In this document: positions 9,976-18,699 of the stretch, piece by piece
How the letters are laid out: each line of letters opens with the position of its first letter
Numbering within the stretch: position 1 is the stretch's first letter
Origin: Parasporobacterium sp.
GTDB taxonomy: Bacteria; Bacillota; Clostridia; Lachnospirales; Lachnospiraceae
DNA: 57,393 bases
Direction of reading: 5' to 3'
Assembly: GCA_017431485.1 (NCBI GenBank)
Contig: JAFRKZ010000087.1
Location: 1-57,393 of the forward strand
Notes under the pieces: model-generated
The model's database searches: none
What the model saw: the letters and a program-made list of their open reading frames with translations, nothing else
What the model was told of the DNA's origin: nothing
Program-made: the position numbers and the translations under genes

Positions 9976-11253
9976 ATGCAGAAGAAAATCCTGGTGGTCA
10001 GCCGGCATTTCTGGCCGGAATACACAAGACTATATGATCTGTGCGAAAAACTCGTGTCCTTCGGGTTTCGTGTAGATGTACTGTGCGGACAGCCCTCCGG
10101 GGAAGACGGGGAATTCATGAAGGGATACAACTCTTTCAAGGTCCGTCGTGAAACCCATCAGAAACTGAATATCTACAGGACGATCGATGTAAAGAAGGGA
10201 AACTTCTCCCACATCCGGATGTTCCTGGATTACCTGGCATTTCCGCTGATGTCTCTGCGAGTTACAAAAAAACTCGAGGAGAATAGATATGACGCTGTAT
10301 TGATCTACCAGCAGTCTCCGGTCATGATGTGCAGCCCGGGCCTTGCGGTAGCAAAAAAACGGAATATCCCGGCTTATATCTATGCAGCGGAATTGTGGCC
10401 GGAAAGAGTGCTCCTTGATCTGGATGTCCAAAGCAGCCTGTTCCGGAAGTTTTTGTACCGGCTGTCCATGCATTATTACCGGGAAGCCTCCAAAGTGATC
10501 GTGACCTCTTCCGAGATGCGCAGGTATTTTGCGGAACATCTGGGGATGACAGATCAGGAACTTCCGGTCGTGACGGATTTTCCGGATGCATTTTATGAAG
10601 AGGACCAGATCGATGATACGCTGCTGGACAAACTGGCCGGATGCTTTACATTATTGATCCCGGGAGATTTCAGGGAACAGCTTTCCGTGGAAACGATCAT
10701 AAAGACCGCCGAGAAGATCCGCGGCAGCAATGTGAACAATATCCGGTTTGTCGTGATCGGAACAGGGCAGAAGATCGGGCAGCTCCGAAAAAGGGTGCGT
10801 CAGCAGATGCTGGACGATCAGTTCTATTTCGAAGGAAAGGTCCCGGACAAAGAGATCGGAAAGTATCTGCATGTGACGGATATCATCACCGCATTTGTAA
10901 AGCCGGAGAAGATCAGCGAGTATACCATGCCGCATGAGATCATCAATTATCTGGCAGCCGGAAAACCCATTGCCGCGTCCCTGAGCGGTATGGTCCGTGA
11001 GCTGATCCGCAGAGCCGGATGCGGCTTCACAACAGAACCGGAAGATGCTGCAGGTATGTACAGCAGTATCATGAAGATCTATCGGATGAGCGAAGAAGAG
11101 CGGCTGCAGATGGGGCAGAAAGCGCTGGACTGCCGGCAGGCCCATTTCAGCAGGGAGGCTTCAGCACAGAAGATCGCCTGGATCCTGGCCGGGGAGGAAA
11201 TAGAAAATACAGATCCGGATACATCGAGTATCCGCAGGATCGAGACCATGTAA
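9976..11253 (+). CDS. glycosyltransferase family 4-like protein
   Basis: 425 aa. The N-terminus KILVVSRHFWPE and the overall GT-B layout are typical of GT4/WcaI-like enzymes. No clear SD. Confidence 0.7.
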   Translation: MQKKILVVSRHFWPEYTRLYDLCEKLVSFGFRVDVLCGQPSGEDGEFMKGYNSFKVRRETHQKLNIYRTIDVKKGNFSHIRMFLDYLAFPLMSLRVTKKLEENRYDAVLIYQQSPVMMCSPGLAVAKKRNIPAYIYAAELWPERVLLDLDVQSSLFRKFLYRLSMHYYREASKVIVTSSEMRRYFAEHLGMTDQELPVVTDFPDAFYEEDQIDDTLLDKLAGCFTLLIPGDFREQLSVETIIKTAEKIRGSNVNNIRFVVIGTGQKIGQLRKRVRQQMLDDQFYFEGKVPDKEIGKYLHVTDIITAFVKPEKISEYTMPHEIINYLAAGKPIAASLSGMVRELIRRAGCGFTTEPEDAAGMYSSIMKIYRMSEEERLQMGQKALDCRQAHFSREASAQKIAWILAGEEIENTDPDTSSIRRIETM

Positions 11254-11255
11254 AG

Positions 11256-11280
11256 AGATGCTGCGGCATCTTTTTTCTTT
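11256..11280 (+). terminator. rho-independent terminator
   Basis: AGATGC-tgcg-GCATCT followed by TTTTTCTTTT. Confidence 0.7.
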
Positions 11281-11399
11281 TGGAAAAAACGTTCAAAAAT
11301 TTGCCATAATCACATCACAGAATCGACACATTTACTGAATATCATCTGAATCGTAAAAAACAAACGATCCAATCGTTTCGGATAGAAAAGGAGAATACG

Positions 11400-12812
11400 A
11401 TGAACAGATTTGATCATTCAGAATTTGAAAGACAGTTTACAGAGGAACAAAGAACTCCCCGAAAAAGATCCCACAGAAAACTGATCTTTTCTGTGTCAGC
11501 AGTCCTGGTGGCGGCGATCGTCGCTCTGGTTTCCGCAGTCAGTATCAGCGCAGGAACCACAGAGGCTGATACGGCAGTTTTGACACTGGCAGCGCCGGTA
11601 CAGACAGAAGAAACGGCTGCACCGACCGGTTATGTGCTTACAGACGTTTCAGATGTTGTACAGCAGGCACTTCCTTCTGTTGTTTCCATTACCTCAAGAT
11701 CCCTGATCGATTATTACGGCGGTTTCGGCAATGGCGGTTTCGGCGATGGCAGCAGGATCGATGATATCTTCAAGTATTTCTTCGGAGACAGCTTCGGAGG
11801 AAGAAGCGGAGACGGATATTATTACTATGAAGGACCGGGATACCAGACTCCGGAAGCGGCTCCTGAAGCAGAACCGGAAGAATCAGAAAACGGTGAAGAG
11901 ACTGAAGAACATGCCAATGAAGTCGACAGCGGCATGGGATCCGGAACCATCATTTCCCAGAACGATACGGAACTTCTGATCCTCACCAGCTATCATGTTG
12001 TGGAAGGCAGCTCTTCGCTGTATGTCACATTCGTGAATGACGCCAGCGTAGACGGCTATGTCAAGGCGGCAGATGCCAGCGCCGATATCGCGATCGTTGC
12101 AGTTCCGCTGGAAGACATTGATGAAGAGACCCTGAACAGCATCCGGATCGCTACGATCAGCACCGAAGAACCGGAAGTCGGCGACGGCGTAGTCGTGATC
12201 GGCAATGCCCTCGGATACGGCACCAGCGTTACCACCGGTATCGTAAGCGCCCTGAACAGAGAGATCATGGTGGAAGGCATGACACTGAATGTCATTCAGA
12301 CAGATGCAGCGATCAACTTCGGCAATTCCGGCGGCTGCATGCTGAATGCAAAAGGCGAGATCATCGGTATCAGCGAAGCAAAGGCAACCATCAGCTACGT
12401 AGAAGGCATGTGCTATGCGATCCCGGTAGCCTCCAATCTGGAGCTGATCCAGACTCTGCTGAATTCTGATGAAGTGCTCAATGATCCCAGTACGCAGCAG
12501 ACCGGCAATGGTGCTTTCCTCGGGATCCGGGGCAGAGATGTCACAGAAGATCTGTCCGGTGAATTCGAGATGCCGGTAGGCGTTTACGTATCCAGCGTCG
12601 TGATGGGAAGCGGTGCGGAAGAAGCCGGGATCCAGAGCGGCGACATCATCGTCGGCATTGACGGAAAAGATATTACGACCATGCAGCAGTTACAGTATGA
12701 ACTGGCATATCATGAAGCAGGCGATACCGTGACACTGTCGATCAACAGGCTTACAGAAGGTACTTATGAGGTCATTGACATCGAAGTGACCCTGACAGAC
12801 CGCATCAGCTGA
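11400..12812 (+). CDS. S1C (HtrA/DegP-like) serine protease with C-terminal PDZ domain
   Basis: 470 aa with a TM anchor. The triad contexts are TSYHVVEG, SADIAIVAV and GNSGGCML. PDZ-like C-terminus (GIQSGDIIVGIDGKDI). AAGGAG RBS. Confidence 0.85.
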   Translation: MNRFDHSEFERQFTEEQRTPRKRSHRKLIFSVSAVLVAAIVALVSAVSISAGTTEADTAVLTLAAPVQTEETAAPTGYVLTDVSDVVQQALPSVVSITSRSLIDYYGGFGNGGFGDGSRIDDIFKYFFGDSFGGRSGDGYYYYEGPGYQTPEAAPEAEPEESENGEETEEHANEVDSGMGSGTIISQNDTELLILTSYHVVEGSSSLYVTFVNDASVDGYVKAADASADIAIVAVPLEDIDEETLNSIRIATISTEEPEVGDGVVVIGNALGYGTSVTTGIVSALNREIMVEGMTLNVIQTDAAINFGNSGGCMLNAKGEIIGISEAKATISYVEGMCYAIPVASNLELIQTLLNSDEVLNDPSTQQTGNGAFLGIRGRDVTEDLSGEFEMPVGVYVSSVVMGSGAEEAGIQSGDIIVGIDGKDITTMQQLQYELAYHEAGDTVTLSINRLTEGTYEVIDIEVTLTDRIS

Positions 12813-12860
12813 CAGAAGATTTATATGACAAAAGTAAGACCATAGTGTATAATACAGTTT

Positions 12861-12888
12861 GCAAGAGGATGAACCTTCATCCTCTTGC
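12861..12888 (+). terminator. hairpin terminator after the htrA-like gene
   Basis: Perfect 12-bp stem GCAAGAGGATGA/TCATCCTCTTGC with a weak T tract. It lies inside the TTG-extended ORF 12859, which argues against that start. Confidence 0.55.
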
Positions 12889-12930
12889 CGTATATTATCA
12901 GATTGTAATACAAAAAAGAAAGAGAAACGA

Positions 12931-14673
12931 ATGCCTAATAATTCAAACCATGATGACAGAGAATGCGTCTGCAGCGTCTGCCACCGCAGCGAAAGCAAAG
13001 CCGGACAGATGCTGACACTTCCAGGCGGTATATCGATCTGTATGGACTGTCTGCAAAAGACGATCAATAATGTGGATCTGTCCGGCATCGATCCCAGTAT
13101 GCTGGGAGGGATGAACCCGTTCATGGGATTTCCTGCAGCGGGTTTCCCGTTTGCCGGTAATACCCCGGCAGAGCCGGATGAACAGGAAGATGCGGAAGAT
13201 GATCTGATCGAGGAAGAGGAACTTTCCGCGATCACAGATTCACAGGACGCACAGGATACAGAAGGACAGGATGAAGAAGGAAATCCGTCCGGTACCGAAG
13301 ACGGGGAAAACAAACAAGCATCCCCGGGAAATCAGGGCAGTACCCTGGGAAAGATCCATCCGGTCAAGAAGCCTTCTTCCGAAGTCTATCAGGAAGCTCT
13401 GAAACGCAATCAGGAACGCCGGGACCAGATGAAGAAAGAGAAGAAGACGCCGAACATCAGCTTCATCAATCTTTCCGATCTTCAGAATTCATTCGGACGC
13501 CGGCAGCAGATCAAGAGAAAGGATCCTTCCGAACGGAAAGGCCCGCTGGTCGATCCTTCCAAGATCCTTCCTCCTCACAAGCTGAAAGCAAAACTGGATG
13601 AATATGTGGTAGGCCAGGAGAAGGCTAAGAAAGCGATCTCCGTTGCCGTCTACAATCATTACAAAAGGATCCTGGCAGGGGATCGGTTCAAAGACGACGA
13701 TGTGGAGATCGAAAAGTCCAACATGCTCCTCATAGGACCTACCGGCTGCGGAAAGACCTATATTGTAAAAACCTTGGCAAAGCTTTTGGATGTGCCGCTG
13801 GCGATCACAGACGCCACATCCCTGACAGAAGCAGGTTATATCGGCGATGATATCGAATCGGTGCTGTCCAAACTGCTTCAGGCAGCGGACAATGACCTGG
13901 ACAGGGCGGAGATCGGTATTGTCTTTATCGATGAGATCGATAAGATCGCCAAGAAAAACAGCAACCGGGGCAGGGATGTCAGCGGGGAATCTGTACAGCA
14001 AGGACTTTTGAAACTCCTGGAGGGAGCCGAGGTGGAAGTGCCGGTAGGAGCCGCTTCCAAGAATGCGATGGTCCCACTTACCACGGTCAACACAAAAAAC
14101 ATCCTGTTCATCTGCGGCGGTGCCTTTCCGGATCTGGAAGATATCATCAAGGAACGCGTTAAGAAAAAGACTTCTATGGGATTTGGCGCGGAGCTGAAAG
14201 ATGTTTATGAAAATGATGAAAACATCATGGAAAAGGTGACGACGGAGGATCTGCGAAAGTTTGGCATGATCCCAGAATTCCTGGGACGTCTTCCCATCAT
14301 CTGCACGCTGCAGAAGCTTACCGGTGAAATGCTGGTCCAGGTCCTGAAGGAGCCGAAGAACGCCATTTTAAAGCAGTATCAGAAGCTTCTTGAAATGGAT
14401 GAAGTACAGCTGGAATTTGAAGACGATGCGCTGCTGGCCCTGACAGAAAGGGCAGAAGCCCGGGAAACCGGCGCCAGAGGCTTACGGTCGATCCTGGAAG
14501 AGATCATGCTGGATATCATGTATGAGATCCCCAAGGATGACAGCATCGGAAAAGTGATCATCACCAGGGATTATATTGAAAACAACGGCGCTCCGATCAT
14601 TTCCATCAGGAGCAATGAAAAGCAGAACTGGACTCTGCAGCTGCCGCCGCCGCAAACGGTAAATCAGGAGTAG
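12931..14673 (+). CDS. clpX: ATP-dependent protease ATP-binding subunit ClpX (long-linker paralog)
   Basis: C4 zinc-binding domain (CSVC..CMDC). AAA+ core with LDEYVVGQEKAKKAISVAVYNHYKR, Walker A GPTGCGKT, pore loop GYIG, and an MGF tripeptide at the ClpP-docking (IGF) loop. Start placed at ATG 12931. Confidence 0.85.
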   Translation: MPNNSNHDDRECVCSVCHRSESKAGQMLTLPGGISICMDCLQKTINNVDLSGIDPSMLGGMNPFMGFPAAGFPFAGNTPAEPDEQEDAEDDLIEEEELSAITDSQDAQDTEGQDEEGNPSGTEDGENKQASPGNQGSTLGKIHPVKKPSSEVYQEALKRNQERRDQMKKEKKTPNISFINLSDLQNSFGRRQQIKRKDPSERKGPLVDPSKILPPHKLKAKLDEYVVGQEKAKKAISVAVYNHYKRILAGDRFKDDDVEIEKSNMLLIGPTGCGKTYIVKTLAKLLDVPLAITDATSLTEAGYIGDDIESVLSKLLQAADNDLDRAEIGIVFIDEIDKIAKKNSNRGRDVSGESVQQGLLKLLEGAEVEVPVGAASKNAMVPLTTVNTKNILFICGGAFPDLEDIIKERVKKKTSMGFGAELKDVYENDENIMEKVTTEDLRKFGMIPEFLGRLPIICTLQKLTGEMLVQVLKEPKNAILKQYQKLLEMDEVQLEFEDDALLALTERAEARETGARGLRSILEEIMLDIMYEIPKDDSIGKVIITRDYIENNGAPIISIRSNEKQNWTLQLPPPQTVNQE

Positions 14674-14680
14674 ATTTCGG

Positions 14681-14709
14681 TTGACAAAAGAGGGAAGCGC
14701 GAGTAGAAT
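14681..14709 (+). promoter_or_regulatory. sigma-A type promoter TTGACA-17-TAGAAT for tRNA-Arg
   Basis: Hexamers at 14681-14686 and 14704-14709, with the tRNA 5' end 16 nt downstream. Confidence 0.6.
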
Positions 14710-14724
14710 ATCTAGCGTTGACTT

Positions 14725-14798
14725 GTGCATTTAGCTCAGCTGGATAGAGCGTCTGGCTACGGACCAGAAGGTCGGGGGTTCGAATCCTCTAATGCACG
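14725..14798 (+). tRNA. tRNA-Arg (anticodon ACG)
   Basis: Cloverleaf folded by hand. Acceptor GTGCATT/AATGCAC, anticodon stem TCTGG/CCAGA with loop CTACGGA, T-loop GGTTCGAATCC. No encoded CCA. Confidence 0.9.
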
Positions 14799-14807
14799 GA
14801 GCAAAAG

Positions 14808-14836
14808 CTGCTGCTTGATACAGGCAGCAGTTTTTG
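14808..14836 (+). terminator. rho-independent terminator
   Basis: CTGCTGC-loop-GCAGCAG followed by TTTTTGTTT. Confidence 0.8.
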
Positions 14837-14889
14837 TTTATGAAAAAAAGCTTAATAATCGATAATAGTTAGTGTATAATAGTTTCACC

Positions 14890-16026
14890 ATGAAGTTTGA
14901 ACTTCTGGCACCTTGCCATTTCGGGCTGGAATCGGTGCTGAAAAAAGAAATCACAGATCTCGGATATGACATCCTGCAGGTAGAAGACGGCAGGGTGGCT
15001 TTTTGCTGTGATGAGGAAGGGATCCCGCGCAGTAATATTTTTCTGCGGACCTGTGAGAGAGTCTATCTGAAGGTGGGCAGCTTTCACGCGGAGACCTTCG
15101 ATGAACTGTTTGAAGGAACAAAAGCCATTGACTGGAAACAGTATATTCCGGAAGACGGCAGATTCTGGGTCCGGAAAGCCCGTTCCGTCAAGTCAAAGCT
15201 GTTCAGTCCATCCGATATCCAGAGCATCGTCAAAAAAGCCGTAGTGGAAAAACTGAAAGAAACCTACCACAAAGAATGGTTTGAAGAGACCGGGTGCGAT
15301 TATCCCCTGTGGGTGTTCATCCATAAAGACGAGGTGACGATCGGGATCGATACCACCGGAGAATCCCTGCATAAAAGAGGCTATCGGGCGATCGCGTCGG
15401 AAGCGCCGATCTCGGAGACTCTGGCTGCAGCGATGATCATGCTGACGCCCTGGAAGAAAGACCGCATCCTGGTGGATCCTTTCTGCGGCAGCGGAACGAT
15501 CTGTATCGAGGCTGCCATGATGGCTGCCAATATCGCGCCTGGCAGGGGAAGAGATTTTCTGAGCCAGGAATGGGAACACCTGATCCCGAAGAAGGCATGG
15601 TACCATGCGATCACAGAAGCGCAGGATCTGGTCTGTAAAGAGATACAGACGGATATCCAGGGATATGATATTGATGCGGATGTTCTCCGGGTTGCAAGGC
15701 ATAATGCGAAGCTCGCAGGGGTAGAGGATCTGATCCATTTTCAGCAACGGGCAGTAAAGGCATTGAGCCATCCGAAAAAGTACGGATTTGTGATCACCAA
15801 TCCGCCTTACGGGGAGCGGCTGGAAGATCAGAAGACCCTGCCTTCCATTTACCGGGATTTCGGAGAGCAGTTCCGGAAACTGGATTCCTGGTCCGCATTT
15901 TTTATTACTTCCTATGAAGACGCACAGCGGTATTTCGGAGGAAAAGCATCCAAAAACCGCAAGATTTATAATGGTATGATCAAAACGTATTATTATTCCT
16001 ATTTGGGGCCGAAACCGAGAACATGA
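14890..16026 (+). CDS. THUMP-domain class I SAM-dependent RNA methyltransferase (RlmL/YpsC-like)
   Basis: N-terminal THUMP-like region, SAM-binding DPFCGSGT and catalytic NPPYGERL. ATG 14890 is preferred over GTG 14872. Confidence 0.85.
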   Translation: MKFELLAPCHFGLESVLKKEITDLGYDILQVEDGRVAFCCDEEGIPRSNIFLRTCERVYLKVGSFHAETFDELFEGTKAIDWKQYIPEDGRFWVRKARSVKSKLFSPSDIQSIVKKAVVEKLKETYHKEWFEETGCDYPLWVFIHKDEVTIGIDTTGESLHKRGYRAIASEAPISETLAAAMIMLTPWKKDRILVDPFCGSGTICIEAAMMAANIAPGRGRDFLSQEWEHLIPKKAWYHAITEAQDLVCKEIQTDIQGYDIDADVLRVARHNAKLAGVEDLIHFQQRAVKALSHPKKYGFVITNPPYGERLEDQKTLPSIYRDFGEQFRKLDSWSAFFITSYEDAQRYFGGKASKNRKIYNGMIKTYYYSYLGPKPRT

Positions 16027-17378
16027 AGAAGCTGACACCTTTTTTATTCTGCCTGCTCGTGGTCGTGGTTGGAGCGCTCTTTGCCTTTAATTTTCTGGGC
16101 ATAACAGAGCCGGCTCTGTATTATTCCACGATCGAGGGGCAAAAGACAACTTCCGGGATCCCGGTCATAGAAGCGGAGGACTTCAGCAATCTGGTCCTTC
16201 CGGCTTATTATAACTGCCTGGAATCCGGAAAGCTCAATAAGACAAGAGATCAGGGCGAACTTGGCGCATGCTGGGCGTTTGCGGCCAACACAGCATTGGA
16301 AAGCCGTCTGCTCCCCTGGGAACAGTGGGATTTCTCGGAAGATCATATGCTGAAGAACAACGGCTTTTACGGCAACGATTCCGAAGGCGGGGATTTTTAT
16401 ATGGCAGTTGCCTATTTGGCGTCCTGGAACGGACCTGTCACGGAAGAAGACGATCCGTACAATGACGGCGAGACCAATCCCTCCGCATCGGTAGTCAAGC
16501 ATGTACAGGAAGTTCTTTTTTTGAATGATGGAGATTTTGAGGCGATCAAGAAAATGGTCTATCTGTATGGTGCCGTAGAAAGTTCGATCCATATTTCCAT
16601 CGATGCCGAACAGTATATTGACGAGACTTATTATAACCGGTATAAGCACACCTACTGTTATGATCAGGATGATGAAGCGAACCATGAGATCGTGATCGTG
16701 GGATGGGATGACCGCTACTCAGCCGATAACTTCAATACCGGCGCCACATCGGACGGCGCATTCATCTGCCTGAACAGCTGGGGATCGGAATTCGGTGATA
16801 ACGGGATCTTCTATGTTTCCTACGAGGACGCCTGCATCGGGAAAACAGCGGAAGTCTACTCCCGGGTTGAGGAAAACGATAATTATGACCATCTTTATCA
16901 GAATGATGAGCACGGATGGGTCGGCCGGATGGGATTTGATGAATCTTCCGCTTATTTCGCCAATGTGTTCATGGCGTCAGGCAAACAGGAACTGAAAGCA
17001 GTATCCTTCTATGCGACAGACAGAAATACTTCCTACAGCGTTTATGTCTGCCGGCATTTTACTTCTGAAAATGACCTCCTTGCAGAACGGGTGATCAAAG
17101 CCCAGGGCGAGTTTTACTATCCGGGCTATTATACCGTGGAACTGGACCGCAGCGTCCCCCTGGAGGACGGGGAACGGTTTGCCGTGATCGTACAGATCGA
17201 AACGCCCGGCAGTCAGCACCCGGTGGCAGTGGAAATGGATACCGGAGAAGGAAGGACCGGGGAGATCATCCTGCGGGGCAGGGAAAGCTATATCAGTCCC
17301 AACGGACGGGTCTGGGAAAATACCCAGAAAGACTCAGGCTGCAATATCTGCCTGAAAGCATTTACAAAAGACAGATAG
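16023..17378 (+). CDS. C1 (papain-like) cysteine peptidase, membrane-anchored/secreted
   Basis: Signal/TM N-terminus. Active-site contexts QGELGACWAFA (Cys), NHEIVIVGWDD (His) and NSWGSEFGDNG (Asn). Its ATGA overlaps the upstream stop. Confidence 0.85.
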   Translation: MKKLTPFLFCLLVVVVGALFAFNFLGITEPALYYSTIEGQKTTSGIPVIEAEDFSNLVLPAYYNCLESGKLNKTRDQGELGACWAFAANTALESRLLPWEQWDFSEDHMLKNNGFYGNDSEGGDFYMAVAYLASWNGPVTEEDDPYNDGETNPSASVVKHVQEVLFLNDGDFEAIKKMVYLYGAVESSIHISIDAEQYIDETYYNRYKHTYCYDQDDEANHEIVIVGWDDRYSADNFNTGATSDGAFICLNSWGSEFGDNGIFYVSYEDACIGKTAEVYSRVEENDNYDHLYQNDEHGWVGRMGFDESSAYFANVFMASGKQELKAVSFYATDRNTSYSVYVCRHFTSENDLLAERVIKAQGEFYYPGYYTVELDRSVPLEDGERFAVIVQIETPGSQHPVAVEMDTGEGRTGEIILRGRESYISPNGRVWENTQKDSGCNICLKAFTKDR

Positions 17379-17387
17379 GAGAAAGTG

Positions 17388-17981
17388 ATGCAGATCATCA
17401 TGGCGACATCCAATATGGATAAAGTAAAGGAGATCCGGCAGATCCTGGAGGGAACGGAGTTTCAGATCCTGTCCCTGAAGGAAGCCGGGATCACCCTGGA
17501 CATAGAAGAGACCGGGACCACATTTGAGGAAAATGCAGCCATCAAGGCAGAAGCGGTGCGAGATCTTACCGGTCAGCTTGCCATCGCGGATGACTCCGGT
17601 CTGGTCATTGATTATCTGGACGGTGCACCTGGGATCTATTCCTCCCGGTTCATGGGAGAAGATACGCCGTATCCGGAAAAAAACCGGGCGATCCTGAAGA
17701 TGCTGGAGAAAGCGGAAGGACAGGAAAGAAGCGCGCGGTTTGTCTGTGCGATGGCGATCGCCTGGCCTGATGGACACACGGATATCCGCAGGGGCGTCAT
17801 GGAAGGCAGGATCGCTTATGAGATCGCGGGCGAGGGGGGATTCGGCTACGACCCGATCTTCTATCTGCCGGAACGGGGCTGTACATCGGCACAGCTTACC
17901 GCACAGGAGAAAAATGCCATCAGCCATCGGGGAAAGGCACTCCGGGAGGCGGTTTCCGTTTTAAAAGCGAGTATCGCCTGA
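17388..17981 (+). CDS. rdgB: XTP/dITP diphosphatase (RdgB/HAM1 family)
   Basis: MATSNMDKVKEI N-terminus, FEENA, DDSGL, GFGYDPIF and SHRG motifs. AGGAGA RBS 6 nt upstream of ATG 17388. Confidence 0.9.
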   Translation: MQIIMATSNMDKVKEIRQILEGTEFQILSLKEAGITLDIEETGTTFEENAAIKAEAVRDLTGQLAIADDSGLVIDYLDGAPGIYSSRFMGEDTPYPEKNRAILKMLEKAEGQERSARFVCAMAIAWPDGHTDIRRGVMEGRIAYEIAGEGGFGYDPIFYLPERGCTSAQLTAQEKNAISHRGKALREAVSVLKASIA

Positions 17982-18007
17982 ACGAAGGAAAAACTGAAAA
18001 AATATTA

Positions 18008-18036
18008 TTGACATGGGCATTTAATTAATATATAAT
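18008..18036 (+). promoter_or_regulatory. consensus sigma-A promoter TTGACA-17-TATAAT for the tRNA operon
   Basis: Perfect hexamers at 18008-18013 and 18031-18036, with a 17-nt spacer. Confidence 0.75.
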
Positions 18037-18058
18037 CCCTCTTGCGTCACGGTTGAAA

Positions 18059-18133
18059 CGGGGTGTAGCTCAGTTTGGCTAGAGCGCTTGATTTGGGATC
18101 AAGAGGCCGCAGGTTCAAGTCCTGTCACCCCGA
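18059..18133 (+). tRNA. tRNA-Pro (anticodon TGG)
   Basis: Acceptor CGGGGTG/CACCCCG, anticodon loop TTTGGGA, T-loop GGTTCAAGTCC. Confidence 0.9.
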
Positions 18134-18177
18134 TTCCAGAAAGAGCAGCAGCGGATGACGCAAGCGGTTTTGATCAT

Positions 18178-18248
18178 GCGGGTGTAGTTCAATGGTAGAA
18201 CACCAGCCTTCCAAGCTGGACACGTGGGTTCGATTCCCATCACCCGCT
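18178..18248 (+). tRNA. tRNA-Gly (anticodon TCC)
   Basis: Acceptor GCGGGTG/CACCCGC, anticodon stem CCAGC/GCTGG with loop CTTCCAA, T-loop GGTTCGATTCC. Confidence 0.9.
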
Positions 18249-18282
18249 TTTGATTTGCCAAAACGGCAGATTGGATGCATTA

Positions 18283-18356
<74 letters not shown>

Positions 18357-18394
18357 TTGGGCGGCAGGAAGGTTACAGGCACGCTTGATGATAT

Positions 18395-18470
18395 GGTGGA
18401 TATGGCGCAGTTGGCTAGCGCGCCAGATTGTGGCTCTGGAGGCCAAGGGTTCGAGTCCCTTTATCCACCC
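18395..18470 (+). tRNA. tRNA-His (anticodon GTG)
   Basis: Extra 5' G(-1), anticodon stem CCAGA/TCTGG with loop TTGTGGC, T-loop GGTTCGAGTCC. Confidence 0.88.
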
Positions 18471-18482
18471 TTTCCTTTTTAA

Positions 18483-18554
18483 AGGGCTATCGCCAAGCGG
18501 TAAGGCACAGGACTTTGACTCCTGCATTCGCTGGTTCGAATCCAGCTAGCCCTG
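18483..18554 (+). tRNA. tRNA-Gln (anticodon TTG)
   Basis: Acceptor AGGGCTA/TAGCCCT, anticodon stem CAGGA/TCCTG with loop CTTTGAC. Confidence 0.88.
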
Positions 18555-18561
18555 TTTGAAT

Positions 18562-18634
18562 GGGCCATTAGCTCAGGTGGTAGAGCACTTGACTTTTAAT
18601 CAAGTTGTCCGGGGTTCGAGTCCCCGATGGCTCA
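18562..18634 (+). tRNA. tRNA-Lys (anticodon TTT)
   Basis: Acceptor GGGCCAT/ATGGCTC, anticodon stem CTTGA/TCAAG with loop CTTTTAA. Confidence 0.9.
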
Positions 18635-18642
18635 CGAAAAAG

Positions 18643-18675
18643 CGGGATCTCAGTTGATGAGGTCCCGTTTTTTTG
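18643..18675 (+). terminator. rho-independent terminator of the tRNA operon
   Basis: CGGGATC-loop-GGTCCCG followed by TTTTTTTG. Confidence 0.75.
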
Positions 18676-18699
18676 TTGCCCGTTTGTTCCGATGAGGCA

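Noticed and set aside
8002-10008. 668-aa minus-strand ORF, and similar long antisense ORFs (1820..2635, 7189..7995, 26992..27957, 29065..30222, 43100..43909, 44839..45858, 49517..50392, 51369..52070)
   Set aside because: Each lies antisense to a CDS with unmistakable family motifs (PBP1A, ValRS, PheS/T, Alr, YebC and others). None has an RBS or a recognisable domain. Their Arg/Pro/His/Gly-rich composition is typical of shadow frames in mid-GC genomes.
12859-12930. N-terminal extensions given by the track's first (often non-ATG) starts: clpX 12859, PBP1A 6439, DHHW 25216, antiporter 32859, recJ 33827, ABC-F 48431, dltA-like 39213, yebC 51342
   Set aside because: The extensions overlap upstream genes or terminator hairpins, lack RBSs and add non-homologous residues. 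Downstream ATGs have good SD sequences and give family-typical N-termini.
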